Source: Candidatus Kerfeldbacteria bacterium RIFCSPHIGHO2_12_FULL_48_17 | Lineage (GTDB): Bacteria > Patescibacteriota > Patescibacteriia > HO2-48-17 | DNA length: 50,226 nucleotides | Direction of reading: 5' to 3' | Assembly (NCBI GenBank): GCA_001818775.1 | Contig: MHKD01000013.1 | Location: 14,217 to 64,442, forward strand | In this document: one piece after another, positions 1 through 8,996 of the stretch | Numbering within the stretch: the stretch's first letter is position 1 | How the letters are laid out: each line of letters opens with the position of its first letter | Notes under the pieces: model-generated | Told to the model about the DNA's origin: nothing | Seen by the model: the letters and a program-made list of their open reading frames with translations, nothing else | Databases searched by the model: none | Made by a program: the position numbers and the translations under genes

Positions 1-2
1 AA

Positions 3-1172
3 GGCGCCGGCATTGCGCATTACACCTACAACCTCGTCAAAAATCTGCTTGCCATTGATCACGACAATCAGTACGTGCTGTTTTTTGACAGTAACGTTCA
101 CGAAGTGCTCGACTTCATTGAAGAAAATAATCGTATTGTGCAGTTTCCCTTTGCGCAGTATCGCCGCTTCATGCCGTTTGGGTATTCGCATCTGTTGCTG
201 AGCGCCATTATTAAAAAAGCCAAGCTCGATTTATTTCATGCGCCCACTGCCTGGCGACCACTGGCCTACAATGGCCCAACCGTCGTCACCGCGCACGACA
301 TGGCTATTTATGAACACCCGGAATGGTTTCCCAAGAAGCAGGGTTTTTCCAAGCGCGTGGTGGTGCCGCAAACCATAAAAACCGCCAAGCATATTATCGC
401 CGTCTCGGAAGAAACATCGCGGGCCGTGCGGACGTTGTTTGCCGTACCCCCGCAGAAGGTGAGTGTGATTTATGAAGGCGCACCGGAAGTTCCGGCCGTG
501 AGCGCGCAACAGATGCAGGATGTGCGCGACAAGTTTGATATCGGCAAGCGTTTTATATTATTTGTGGGAACATTGGAGCCGCGGAAAAATGTGGCGCGTT
601 TGGTGCGGGCCTTTGATGAGTTGGTGGAGCGCGACAGTAAAGAGTTTATGGATGTGGAGTTGGTGCTCGCTGGTGGGCAGGGTTGGAATGATGATGAAAT
701 TAAAGCGGCGCTTAGGGCGGCCAAATCGCGAGCCCGGATAAAGGCGGTCGGTTATGTGAGTGAAGATGAGAAGTGGGCATTGTTGCGTGGGGCGCAGGTG
801 TTTGCGTTTCCGACGTTGTATGAAGGTTTTGGTTTAGGGAATTTGGAAGCCATGGCGGCCGGGACGCCGGTTGTGACGTCGCGTCTGCCGATCATGCGTG
901 AAGTGCTCGATAAGGCGGCCTATCTGGTTGAGCCGACGAGTGTGCACGATATTGCGCTGGGTTTGGAAGCGTTGCTGCGGTCGGAATCGCTGCGGCGGGA
1001 TTATGCGGCGCGTGGGCGGGAACAGGCCCGGCAGTACAGCTGGCGGACGTGCGCCGAGCAGACATTGGCGGTGTATCAGAGTATTTATAAACAGGGATTG
1101 CGGGAAAAAGGCAGTCAGGTGATTAAGGGTGGGCTGACGGGGCGGAGTATCAGTGGTGGGGAGAAAAGGTAA
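3..1172 (+). CDS. GT4-family glycosyltransferase, 5' end cut by window edge
   Basis: The frame is open from the window edge (GAGIAHYTYNLVKNLLAIDHDNQYVLFFD lies upstream of the first Met at 75). The C-terminal EGFGLGNLEAMAAGTPVV is typical of GT-B/GT4 enzymes. It is a clear paralog of 24357..25511(-). Confidence 0.85.
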   Translation, partial: GAGIAHYTYNLVKNLLAIDHDNQYVLFFDSNVHEVLDFIEENNRIVQFPFAQYRRFMPFGYSHLLLSAIIKKAKLDLFHAPTAWRPLAYNGPTVVTAHDMAIYEHPEWFPKKQGFSKRVVVPQTIKTAKHIIAVSEETSRAVRTLFAVPPQKVSVIYEGAPEVPAVSAQQMQDVRDKFDIGKRFILFVGTLEPRKNVARLVRAFDELVERDSKEFMDVELVLAGGQGWNDDEIKAALRAAKSRARIKAVGYVSEDEKWALLRGAQVFAFPTLYEGFGLGNLEAMAAGTPVVTSRLPIMREVLDKAAYLVEPTSVHDIALGLEALLRSESLRRDYAARGREQARQYSWRTCAEQTLAVYQSIYKQGLREKGSQVIKGGLTGRSISGGEKR

Positions 1173-1344
1173 AAAAAGTCCAAAAAATAGATAAAAAAAA
1201 CCTGCGCAATAAAAGAGTGAAACGAACAACAATTGCGCAGAGCCCAAAGGTGCTATTAAGTGATTAAGGTAGTCTGTTATTGGAAGAATACAGGTTTTTA
1301 GCGTCGAAGTCAACGCGTGTCTTGAGCTTGAATCGAGCTGCAGT

Positions 1345-1373
1345 TTGACTCTTTTTTGTTTTCCGGGTATAAC
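1345..1373 (+). promoter_or_regulatory. candidate sigma70-type promoter (TTGACT-N17-TATAAC)
   Basis: The hexamers were read directly from the sequence. It lies about 60 nt upstream of the 1436 start. Confidence 0.4.
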
Positions 1374-1435
1374 TTGGCCATTGTTGAAGGTGAAAGAACA
1401 TGAAAAATTTAGATACTTCAAGGAGGGCAAAGACA

Positions 1436-2077
1436 ATGAAAAAATCGGCAATGTACCTCAATCTCGCTTGCTTTCGGAAAGCAAAGGAAGGTGATTTATT
1501 GTGTGAAGGCGAGGTTGTTCTCGATGAGGGCACGGTTATTCTCGTGACGACCACTGGCAGCCGTTTCATTGAAGTGCAGCGGATTCGGCAACCGTTGGTG
1601 GGCGCACAGGTGAAGGTCTGGCTGCGACAGGGAGAAGTCGCGGTGGAACGGGCCGATGTGACGGCGGAAGAAAAAAAGAAAAAGATAAATTTCGGCGCCT
1701 GGGAATTCAAAAAACCGGAAGGATACGGGGAGTTATTCACCGCAGACTGGGTCGTGCTGGAAATCATTGATTACGATATGGCAGGTCTGATGGGTCTGAA
1801 CGGTTTCCGCGACGGCGCCGGTAAAGGTCTGCGCGTGGTGTGGGCAGGAGTAAAGCCGGGGGGATTTGCCATGGTTATCAGTGGTAATTTTCCTGCACAG
1901 AAACCGGCATTGCGTTACGCGACCCTTTTTTATGAATTTGAACTGGGTCGTGAAATAATGCAGTCAATGATCGGTTCGCTGATCAGGTTCAGGGTTCTGA
2001 AATATGAAACCCAGGAAAAACAAACAATCGCTGCCGATGTTTGGAAAAAAATGGTGTCCAAACCTTCCAAAAATTAA
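1436..2077 (+). CDS. hypothetical protein, no recognisable domain
   Basis: This is an in-frame ATG within ORF 1400..2077, preceded by AGGAGG (1421-1426) with a 9-nt spacer. I recognise no motif. Confidence 0.6.
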   Translation: MKKSAMYLNLACFRKAKEGDLLCEGEVVLDEGTVILVTTTGSRFIEVQRIRQPLVGAQVKVWLRQGEVAVERADVTAEEKKKKINFGAWEFKKPEGYGELFTADWVVLEIIDYDMAGLMGLNGFRDGAGKGLRVVWAGVKPGGFAMVISGNFPAQKPALRYATLFYEFELGREIMQSMIGSLIRFRVLKYETQEKQTIAADVWKKMVSKPSKN

Positions 2078-2120
2078 GCGGCGAATACAATAAAAAAACA
2101 AAGAAAGGCAGGCAAGGAAA

Positions 2121-3035
2121 ATGGAAGTATACACTTGGGAATTCCCAGAAACAAAAGAGGCAGAAAGGTACGGTGCGAGAAATCAAACCTTAAGCCTTAT
2201 CTTAAACCTTTTTCCAACGGCGTGGACGATAGCATTTGCCGATGCTGTGGATCAGGCGGCTACAACGGCCAGCTTGAATGAATTCATCATTCTTGCAAAT
2301 GAGAAGATTACAAATCTTCCAACTTTGCGGCAGTGCGAGTATGGCGCTGTTCTTTTTCCACCAGGAATGGATACCTGGGTGCAAGAAGGCTGGCGACCAA
2401 AACATGTTTATGACGCTGAAGACAAGGGCTTTATGGTAAGTATTTGGTCGATAATAAAGCACGGACAGTTCTGGAGGGTCGTTATTGTTGCCGGCGACAG
2501 ATGTTTTGGATTAAAACCAACCTTCATTCGGGAAGTGGATAAAATTGACCCGGAACATCGCCTGAAAGAACGTACTCAGCCGGAAGACAAACATCAGGAC
2601 CCTTCGGAAGCAATAAGTGAACTCCTTGCCGATATTGCCAAGAGAAATCTCGGCATTATCGGTGATATCACAGAGGCGCACGCGGCCGCTTTTTTGGAGG
2701 AAATGAGCAGTCTTCGGGGGATCACCGCTAAGCAGAAAGCTTTAGACTTGGCAAAAATATCCGGGAAAAGCACCAAAGAAGATAAAAGCTACTGGTTCAT
2801 TTTTTTTGTGACATCAGACGAGGGTCCACCATCGAAGGAGATGTATGGAAATTTCATGATGATAGTAGATGGGAGGGATTTTCTGTATGATGTCGCGATG
2901 GGGGAAGCAGAGAAATTTGCAAGAGAAAAGGAAATGAAGGGGAAGGTAGTAATCCAAAATTATAAACAAAGCACAAAAGTGACATTCGAATCTTTCAGGT
3001 ACTACATGGAGGCCGAAAGATCCATATTAAAATAA
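2121..3035 (+). CDS. hypothetical protein, no recognisable domain
   Basis: A 304-aa ORF with AAGGA 5 nt upstream of the ATG. An intrinsic terminator follows it. Confidence 0.6.
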   Translation: MEVYTWEFPETKEAERYGARNQTLSLILNLFPTAWTIAFADAVDQAATTASLNEFIILANEKITNLPTLRQCEYGAVLFPPGMDTWVQEGWRPKHVYDAEDKGFMVSIWSIIKHGQFWRVVIVAGDRCFGLKPTFIREVDKIDPEHRLKERTQPEDKHQDPSEAISELLADIAKRNLGIIGDITEAHAAAFLEEMSSLRGITAKQKALDLAKISGKSTKEDKSYWFIFFVTSDEGPPSKEMYGNFMMIVDGRDFLYDVAMGEAEKFAREKEMKGKVVIQNYKQSTKVTFESFRYYMEAERSILK

Positions 3036-3045
3036 CGTTCATTTC

Positions 3046-3077
3046 AAAAAAGCATAAGCTCCGGTTTATGCTTTTTT
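3046..3077 (+). terminator. rho-independent terminator
   Basis: Stem GCATAA (3052-3057) pairs with TTATGC (3066-3071), with an 8-nt loop, an A-tract before it and a T6 run after it. Confidence 0.75.
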
Positions 3078-3181
3078 GTCATTTGGCGAAAAAATGGCTC
3101 ATTGGCGGCTACGTGATCCCTTGCCGCAAACGTCGAAAAATTGTAAAGTAAGAACATAATTTACGATAAGAAAGGCCGTCT

Positions 3182-6100
3182 ATGTCTCAACTCAACTTTC
3201 CCCAACTCGAAGAAGGGGTGCTGAAAAAATGGCGCGCCAAAAACATTTTCAAAAAAACCCTGGCCAAGGCGACGCCCGAAGGTGATTTTGTATTTTTTGA
3301 AGGTCCACCGACGGCCAACGGCAAGCCCGGTATCCATCATGTCATCGGTCGCGCCTACAAAGACGTCATCCCGCGTTTCAAAACGATGCAGGGTTACCGG
3401 GTCGTGCGTAAAGGTGGTTGGGACACGCATGGTCTGCCGGTGGAATTGCAGGTCGAAAAGGCGCTGGGGATTTCGGGGAAGAAGCAGATTGAGACGCTGA
3501 AGGGCGCGGGCAAAACTTTCGAGAGCATTCGGCATTTTAACGAGCTGTGTAAAAAATCCGTCTGGGAATTCAAGGAAGAATGGGAGAAGTTGACCGAGCG
3601 CATGGGTTTTTGGGTGGACATGGAGAAGCCATACATCACCTATGATAATGATTATATTGAGAGCGTGTGGTGGGTGCTGGGAGAAGCGTGGAAGAAAAAA
3701 ATTGGCGGTGCTGTTGCGGGTGACACGGCGACGGCCAAAGGCGGTAAAAAAAGCAAAAAGAAAGACGAAACGCGTTTGCTGTTTCAGGGACACAAAGTTG
3801 TGCCATTTTGTACACGCTGCGGCACCGCGCTCAGTTCTCACGAACTCGCACAAGGGTACAAAACCGTCAAGGACAATTCCGTTTACATCAAATTCGCGCT
3901 GCAAGAAGATGGTGAAATCGCGTACAAAGATGAAAAAACATTCATCCTTTCCTGGACAACCACACCCTGGACTTTGCCAGGCAACGTTGCTCTGGCCGTC
4001 GGCACCAAAATGCTTTACGCCAAAGTCAAACAAAACGACGAATACTACATCCTCAGCAAAAATCGTCTCAACATCCTCGAAGGCGAATACGAAACCATCG
4101 AAGAATACACCAGCTCTGAACTCATCGGCCGCAAATACACGCCACTCTTCACGGTCGCGGGCCTGCAGGATCAACTGAAAACCGGCGCGCGCGCCTACGA
4201 AATCGTTGAAGCGGATTTTGTAACCGACGCTGATGGCACGGGTGTTGTGCACACCGCCGTCATGTATGGTGAAGATGATTACAATCTCGGCGTTAAACTC
4301 GGTTTGCCGCAATTCCACACGGTAGAGCAGGATGGTCGCTTTGTCGCCGACATCACCGACGTACATGGCAAACCCATAACGACGCACGTCAAATCCAAAG
4401 ACACCGACGAAAAAATCATCGCCGTTCTGCAAAAGCACGGGAATTTTTACAAAGAAGAACTCTATGAGCACGAATATCCGTTTTGCTGGCGTTGTGACAC
4501 GCCGCTGATTTATTATGCGCGCGATTCCTGGTTTATTGGCATGAGCGCGTTGAAGGATGAGCTCAAAGTGCGCAACCAGACGGTGAACTGGATTCCGGCG
4601 AATGTGAAGGAAGGGCGTTTTGGCGAGTGGTTGGAAGGTGTGAAAGATTGGGCATTGTCACGCGATCGTTATTGGGGTACACCCCTTCCCATGTGGAAAT
4701 GTGCCGAGACGGAGTGCGGCGAGTTTCAGTTTTTGGATGGCGGCGCGGATTTGAACGCGGGCTTGGCGGCGGTGAAAGTGGCCTTGAAAAAACAGGGGAT
4801 GCCGGAAGATTATCATCGTCCCTTTATTGATGAAGTTGAGTTTGCCTGCGTCGCGTGCGGTGGTGTGTCGCGGCGTGTACCTGAAGTGATCGATGTCTGG
4901 TTTGATTCGGGTGCGATGCCGTTTGCGCAGTGGCATTATCCGTTTGAAAACAAGGCGTTGGTTGATGGTGGTGGCGCGAGCGGGGAGGGCGGCCAGGCCA
5001 AAGGCGGCGCGGGTGCGAAACCCGTGCAGGCGCAGTTCCCGGCCGATTATATTGCCGAAGCGATCGACCAAACCCGCGGCTGGTTTTATACCTTGCTGGC
5101 TGTGTCAACGTTTTTGGATCGCCCGGCGCCGTACAAAAACGTTATCTGCTACGCCCACGTTCTCGACAAAAAAGGCAAAAAAATGTCCAAGTCCAAAGGC
5201 AATATCGTCAATCCGTGGGACGTGATTCGCGATTACGGCATCGATGCTCTGCGTTTTCATCTGTTCGCGATGTCGCAGCCCGGTGAGCCCAAGCGGTTTG
5301 ATGTGTTGGATGTGAAAAAAGTTGTGCAGCAGCGCTGGTTGATTCTGTGGAATGTATTGACGTTTTACAAAATGTTTGCGGGCGGGAGTGCTGCGGGTGA
5401 GGGTGCGGCGGCCGGCGACGTGCAAGGAAAAATTGGCTCGCATCTCATGGACGCCTGGCTCGGAGCCCGGGTGCATGCGCTGCGCAATCAGGTAACCGAA
5501 GATCTCGAAGCGTTCCGCATCACCGAGGCCACGCGCGCGTTGGGTGAGTTTATTACCGAATTGTCGACCTGGTATATTCGCCGCAGTCGGGTGCGGTTTA
5601 AGTCGGATGATGCCGCTGTGCGCGGTGAAGCCGTGGCGACATTGAAATATGCTTTGGACATGGTGGCTCGTTTGTTGGCGCCGTTTACGCCATTTGTGGC
5701 GGATGCGTTGTATGCGGAATTGGGTGGTGCGAAAGATTCCGTGCATCTGGAAGCCTGGCCGAAGACGGGCAAGGTGGATGCCAAGATTCTCAAAGATATG
5801 GATAAGGCGCGAAAAATCATCGAAGCAGGCCTTTCTATAAGAGAAAAGGCAGGGATAAAAATTCGTCAGCCCTTAGGCAAAGCTAGCGTTACAGATATCG
5901 ACGAGGCATATCTCGAAATTATTGGTGAGGAGTTAAATATTGAAGTAGTAAAAGTCAGATATATCAAAGGAAGTGATACAGATAAATTGCAATCTTCAGA
6001 ACATGGGCTGATTGATATTGATCTGCAAATGACGCCCGAACTCGAGAAAAAAGGTTTGGTGCGCGAGTTGACGCGAACGGCGAATGCCATGCGCAAAAAA

Positions 6101-6292
6101 GCGGGTTTGACAATTCAGGATGTAGTTATTGTGGAATATGCAACGGATGATGCTGTTTTGCGTGCGGCGATTGAGGAGAATAAAGAAATGCTGGCGAAAG
6201 CGACGATCAGTAAGGAGTGGATTGAAGGTGCGAAGGATGGGGAAGAGGTAAAGGTGAATGGGAAGGGGATAAAAATTGATCTTATAAGATAA
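3182..6292 (+). CDS. ileS: isoleucine--tRNA ligase
   Basis: A 1036-aa ORF with a HIGH-type motif (PTANGKPGIHHVIGR), KMSKS (KKMSKSKGN), editing-domain WTTTPWTLPGN, and IDQTRGWFY. It carries three Gly/Ala/Lys-rich inserts. Confidence 0.95.
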   Translation: MSQLNFPQLEEGVLKKWRAKNIFKKTLAKATPEGDFVFFEGPPTANGKPGIHHVIGRAYKDVIPRFKTMQGYRVVRKGGWDTHGLPVELQVEKALGISGKKQIETLKGAGKTFESIRHFNELCKKSVWEFKEEWEKLTERMGFWVDMEKPYITYDNDYIESVWWVLGEAWKKKIGGAVAGDTATAKGGKKSKKKDETRLLFQGHKVVPFCTRCGTALSSHELAQGYKTVKDNSVYIKFALQEDGEIAYKDEKTFILSWTTTPWTLPGNVALAVGTKMLYAKVKQNDEYYILSKNRLNILEGEYETIEEYTSSELIGRKYTPLFTVAGLQDQLKTGARAYEIVEADFVTDADGTGVVHTAVMYGEDDYNLGVKLGLPQFHTVEQDGRFVADITDVHGKPITTHVKSKDTDEKIIAVLQKHGNFYKEELYEHEYPFCWRCDTPLIYYARDSWFIGMSALKDELKVRNQTVNWIPANVKEGRFGEWLEGVKDWALSRDRYWGTPLPMWKCAETECGEFQFLDGGADLNAGLAAVKVALKKQGMPEDYHRPFIDEVEFACVACGGVSRRVPEVIDVWFDSGAMPFAQWHYPFENKALVDGGGASGEGGQAKGGAGAKPVQAQFPADYIAEAIDQTRGWFYTLLAVSTFLDRPAPYKNVICYAHVLDKKGKKMSKSKGNIVNPWDVIRDYGIDALRFHLFAMSQPGEPKRFDVLDVKKVVQQRWLILWNVLTFYKMFAGGSAAGEGAAAGDVQGKIGSHLMDAWLGARVHALRNQVTEDLEAFRITEATRALGEFITELSTWYIRRSRVRFKSDDAAVRGEAVATLKYALDMVARLLAPFTPFVADALYAELGGAKDSVHLEAWPKTGKVDAKILKDMDKARKIIEAGLSIREKAGIKIRQPLGKASVTDIDEAYLEIIGEELNIEVVKVRYIKGSDTDKLQSSEHGLIDIDLQMTPELEKKGLVRELTRTANAMRKKAGLTIQDVVIVEYATDDAVLRAAIEENKEMLAKATISKEWIEGAKDGEEVKVNGKGIKIDLIR

Positions 6293-6323
6293 GCTGTTAA
6301 ATTTTTGAGAATATTTTTAAAAT

Positions 6324-7166
6324 ATGCAAGAAAAAACTCGAAAAAAAGTAGAATGGCTTATTGAGAATCATAAACAAGCCATAAAAAATAATGGCGCAAA
6401 AATTGCCTTGGCAAGAAATCCGAACCTCCCGCGAATGATGCAAGAACGTGAGAAGTTTGAGATTCAATATCTGCTTAATAGACTACGCGACCAACGCACT
6501 GAACTTTTACCTTTTGTGAAGGGAATTAAAAAGCATGTTAAAGGTATCACAGAGAATACCCATGTATGTGCCGTATATATTCTTTTATCACGTATATTTC
6601 AAAATTGGGATGCCTTATTTTTGTTGGCCGAACATGGAAAAAATTCACCTTCACAAAATCTTATGAGAATGATTAAAGAAGGTTGTATGTTGGTTAAGCT
6701 ATTTACTGTGGACTCTGACTCAGGGGAGCGAAAAAATTTAGATAAGTGGTTCTCTGGTGATATCGTATCTCATGGCATAGGTCGTGACACAACAAGTGAA
6801 TATTTCGATGAACATTCCCCGTATCCAGAGATCGATACAAAAAAGTTAGAGTCACACATTTATCAGATGGAATCTCAAGCTTCTCACAACGCTTACGCAT
6901 CAATACTGGAATCCGTCAGCCCATTTACAGAGGATTTTGATTTTGATGGCCATGCTGATTTTCACCATACAAAAGCTGTCATAGCAGAAGGCTCTATGAC
7001 AGATACAGCTATAACTTTAAAGGCAGTGTACTCGATTTTACTTAAAGACATAGATGGGTTTGAAAAAATCAGTGAGATTTTAATAAAATATAATCCAGAT
7101 ATTAATGACCCTACGAATAAAGAAGACATAAAAGAATTTATCAAAAGTGATTTCGAACCTAGTTAA
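6324..7166 (+). CDS. hypothetical protein in AT-rich island
   Basis: A 280-aa ORF in a region of visibly low GC. It has no firm motif. A helical segment, WDALFLLAEHGKNSPSQNLMRMIKEG, is loosely reminiscent of HEPN/AbiV-type helices; this is unverified. Confidence 0.55.
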   Translation: MQEKTRKKVEWLIENHKQAIKNNGAKIALARNPNLPRMMQEREKFEIQYLLNRLRDQRTELLPFVKGIKKHVKGITENTHVCAVYILLSRIFQNWDALFLLAEHGKNSPSQNLMRMIKEGCMLVKLFTVDSDSGERKNLDKWFSGDIVSHGIGRDTTSEYFDEHSPYPEIDTKKLESHIYQMESQASHNAYASILESVSPFTEDFDFDGHADFHHTKAVIAEGSMTDTAITLKAVYSILLKDIDGFEKISEILIKYNPDINDPTNKEDIKEFIKSDFEPS

Positions 7167-7236
7167 TACATTCTATTTAAAATGAAAGAGATAAACCTTG
7201 CGAATAAATGATCAAAACCCTCGTCTCCAAACTCAT

Positions 7237-7686
7237 ATGATCAAAACAATAAAAATAGCGCTCCTCATAATAGCATCAATCTGTTCGTTGATAATTTTTG
7301 GTATTATGCTTCCGAGGTGGAGAATACCAGAGTTTACCAATGTGCCTGAGGAGTATCAAAAATGCTCACAAGGCACAGCCTACTATTATTATGATGAGCC
7401 AACCTGGATTTTCATTGCCGATATAAACATAAAAGGAAAGGTAAAAAACGGCAAAGAAGTATTCATCGCAACGGCTTATACAATTTTAGGTATCCCCATA
7501 AGTCAGGTGGAAGTGACATGCGCTTTAGACGTCAGTCCTAACGCGCTTGGGGATTATTATCATATGTGGTCATTGCTTCCTTTCTTTGGTTTAATAGCTT
7601 TGTACAGCGTAGCAGCTTCATTTTTTCTGTTAATGCTTTCGCCAATTATATTGCTGATATATTTCATTCGAAAAATAAAGAGGTAG
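7237..7686 (+). CDS. hypothetical membrane protein with N- and C-terminal TM segments
   Basis: In-frame ATG inside the TTG-initiated ORF 7198..7686. Hydrophobic segments are IKIALLIIASICSLIIFGIML and LLPFFGLIALYSVAASFFLLMLSPIILLIYF. Confidence 0.55.
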   Translation: MIKTIKIALLIIASICSLIIFGIMLPRWRIPEFTNVPEEYQKCSQGTAYYYYDEPTWIFIADINIKGKVKNGKEVFIATAYTILGIPISQVEVTCALDVSPNALGDYYHMWSLLPFFGLIALYSVAASFFLLMLSPIILLIYFIRKIKR

Positions 7687-7744
7687 TGTAAAATTATTTT
7701 ATTCTGTGCAACGCATCACAAATAACAGCTTATTTTAAACAACT

Positions 7745-8257
7745 ATGAAACTCATCAGCGCCGACAGACATAATTCCCTCATAAATCTTGCCTTGCCAGT
7801 ATGGATAGGAATAGCTTTCTTTGTTCTGTTTGCGTTTGTATTCGGCCTCGCCAGTAAGCAGACCAGCACACTCGATGTATTTATCATCGTACTGTTTATG
7901 TGGCCCGTTATAGTCATATTGGCGCAAAATTCATTTTCAAAAAGAACCCACCGTCTTTATGTTGATGACGCGGGCGAACTCTATGTTGATCAAAAATTTC
8001 ACATAGCAAAAAATAATATCAAAGATATTCTTTCTTTCCGCTCTTGGCAGAAATATGAATACCTTATGCTGTTTCTCAAAAGTGATATCGAAGGGTTGAA
8101 AGACAAAGAAATAAAATTCATTATCCGAAAAAATATTTGGGCGGTAATTTTCAAGAGGCCATACATTGACACCTGGCAGGAGCTGGGCAAAATCGGTTGG
8201 CCACAGTCGCAGGTCACGCGCCATGGCTGGCCAACTGACAGCTCACACAAACTTTAA
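7745..8257 (+). CDS. hypothetical membrane protein, two N-terminal TM segments plus a soluble domain
   Basis: A 170-aa ORF with two hydrophobic helices followed by a ~100-aa domain. The layout resembles bacterial PH-like (2TM+bPH) proteins; this is unverified. Confidence 0.5.
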   Translation: MKLISADRHNSLINLALPVWIGIAFFVLFAFVFGLASKQTSTLDVFIIVLFMWPVIVILAQNSFSKRTHRLYVDDAGELYVDQKFHIAKNNIKDILSFRSWQKYEYLMLFLKSDIEGLKDKEIKFIIRKNIWAVIFKRPYIDTWQELGKIGWPQSQVTRHGWPTDSSHKL

Positions 8258-8881
8258 ATGACACAAAATAATTTATTACAAATCAAAACCCTCATCTTCG
8301 ACCTCGGTGGTGTCTACTTCACTGACGGCGCAGCCACGGCCATCAAATCCATAGCCGCCACATATTCCCTCACCGAAGCGCAGGTCACCGAAGTCATCAA
8401 AGGCGATCTCGGCACGCAGTACCGCATCGGCGCCATCACCCCCGACGAATTTTGGCAGCGGGCCACAGCCGCCTGGAACATCACCGCACCAACCGCCGAA
8501 ATCGCCGCCATCTGGCTGCAGGCCTACGTGCCCATTCCCGCCACCATCGCCCTCATCGACCGCCTGCAAACCGCCGGCTACGAACTCCTGTTTCTTTCCG
8601 ACAACGCTCCCGACCGCATCGACTATCTGGAAAAAACCTATCACTTTTTGCAGCATTTCCAGGACGGCGTCTTTTCCCACATCGCCGGCGTGCGCAAACC
8701 CGATCCCAAAATGTATCAACTCGTCCTGCAAAAAACCACCACGCCAGCCGCGCAGTGCCTATTCATCGACGACAAACCGGCAATGCTCGAACCCGCCCGG
8801 AAATTAGGTATGCACGTCATCCACTTCACGGGTCCGGAGCAACTGGAAAAAGATCTGCAATCACTCGGCCTCAAATTTTGA
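8258..8881 (+). CDS. HAD-superfamily hydrolase
   Basis: N-terminal LIFDLGGVYF (HAD motif I variant), LSDN, and a late FIDDKP motif. GC rises abruptly exactly at this start codon. Confidence 0.75.
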   Translation: MTQNNLLQIKTLIFDLGGVYFTDGAATAIKSIAATYSLTEAQVTEVIKGDLGTQYRIGAITPDEFWQRATAAWNITAPTAEIAAIWLQAYVPIPATIALIDRLQTAGYELLFLSDNAPDRIDYLEKTYHFLQHFQDGVFSHIAGVRKPDPKMYQLVLQKTTTPAAQCLFIDDKPAMLEPARKLGMHVIHFTGPEQLEKDLQSLGLKF

Positions 8882-8902
8882 AAAAGCCATTACTCAAACG
8901 TA

Positions 8903-8996
8903 GAGCCGTCGCGACGGCTGTGGACAACTTTGGCCTCGACAATCACTCAAAACAGCGATACAATACCGATACCTAAACCCATCAAAAATTACTGTC
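8903..8996 (+). repeat. promoter/leader module, copy 1 of 3
   Basis: Module is GAGCCGTCGCG..CTGTGGACAACTTT..CTCGACAAT..TACAATACCGATACCTAAACCCATCAAAA. This copy has GCCGTC-GC-GACGGC as an inverted pair. Confidence 0.9.
8936..8964 (+). promoter_or_regulatory. sigma70-type promoter TCGACA-N17-TACAAT (copy 1)
   Basis: Hexamers and the 17-nt spacer were counted directly. The same architecture appears in all three module copies. Confidence 0.6.

Noticed and set aside
3036-3181. A possible T-box or other leader upstream of ileS.
   Set aside because: Only about 100 nt remain after the upstream terminator. I saw no T-box consensus or specifier/antiterminator architecture. A plain promoter-like TTGCCG-N17-TAAAGT explains the spacer.
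3161-4471. A 436-aa ORF on the minus strand, antisense to ileS. Similar long antisense ORFs occur at 5105-5746, 15289-16230, 35406-36323, 37660-38601, 41149-41751 and 47488-48132.
   Set aside because: Each lies fully opposite a gene with unmistakable conserved motifs (ileS, recO, epimerase, M16 peptidase, metG, atpA). Their translations are low-complexity and Phe/Gly/Val/Arg-biased, with no SD or motifs. These are typical shadow ORFs.
8276-8976. Overlapping ORFs 8276-8731 (minus strand) and 8452-8976 (plus strand) in the GC-rich HAD gene region.
   Set aside because: The HAD frame carries the family motifs. The alternatives are Arg/Gly/Pro-rich products, as expected from off-frame reading of GC-rich DNA.
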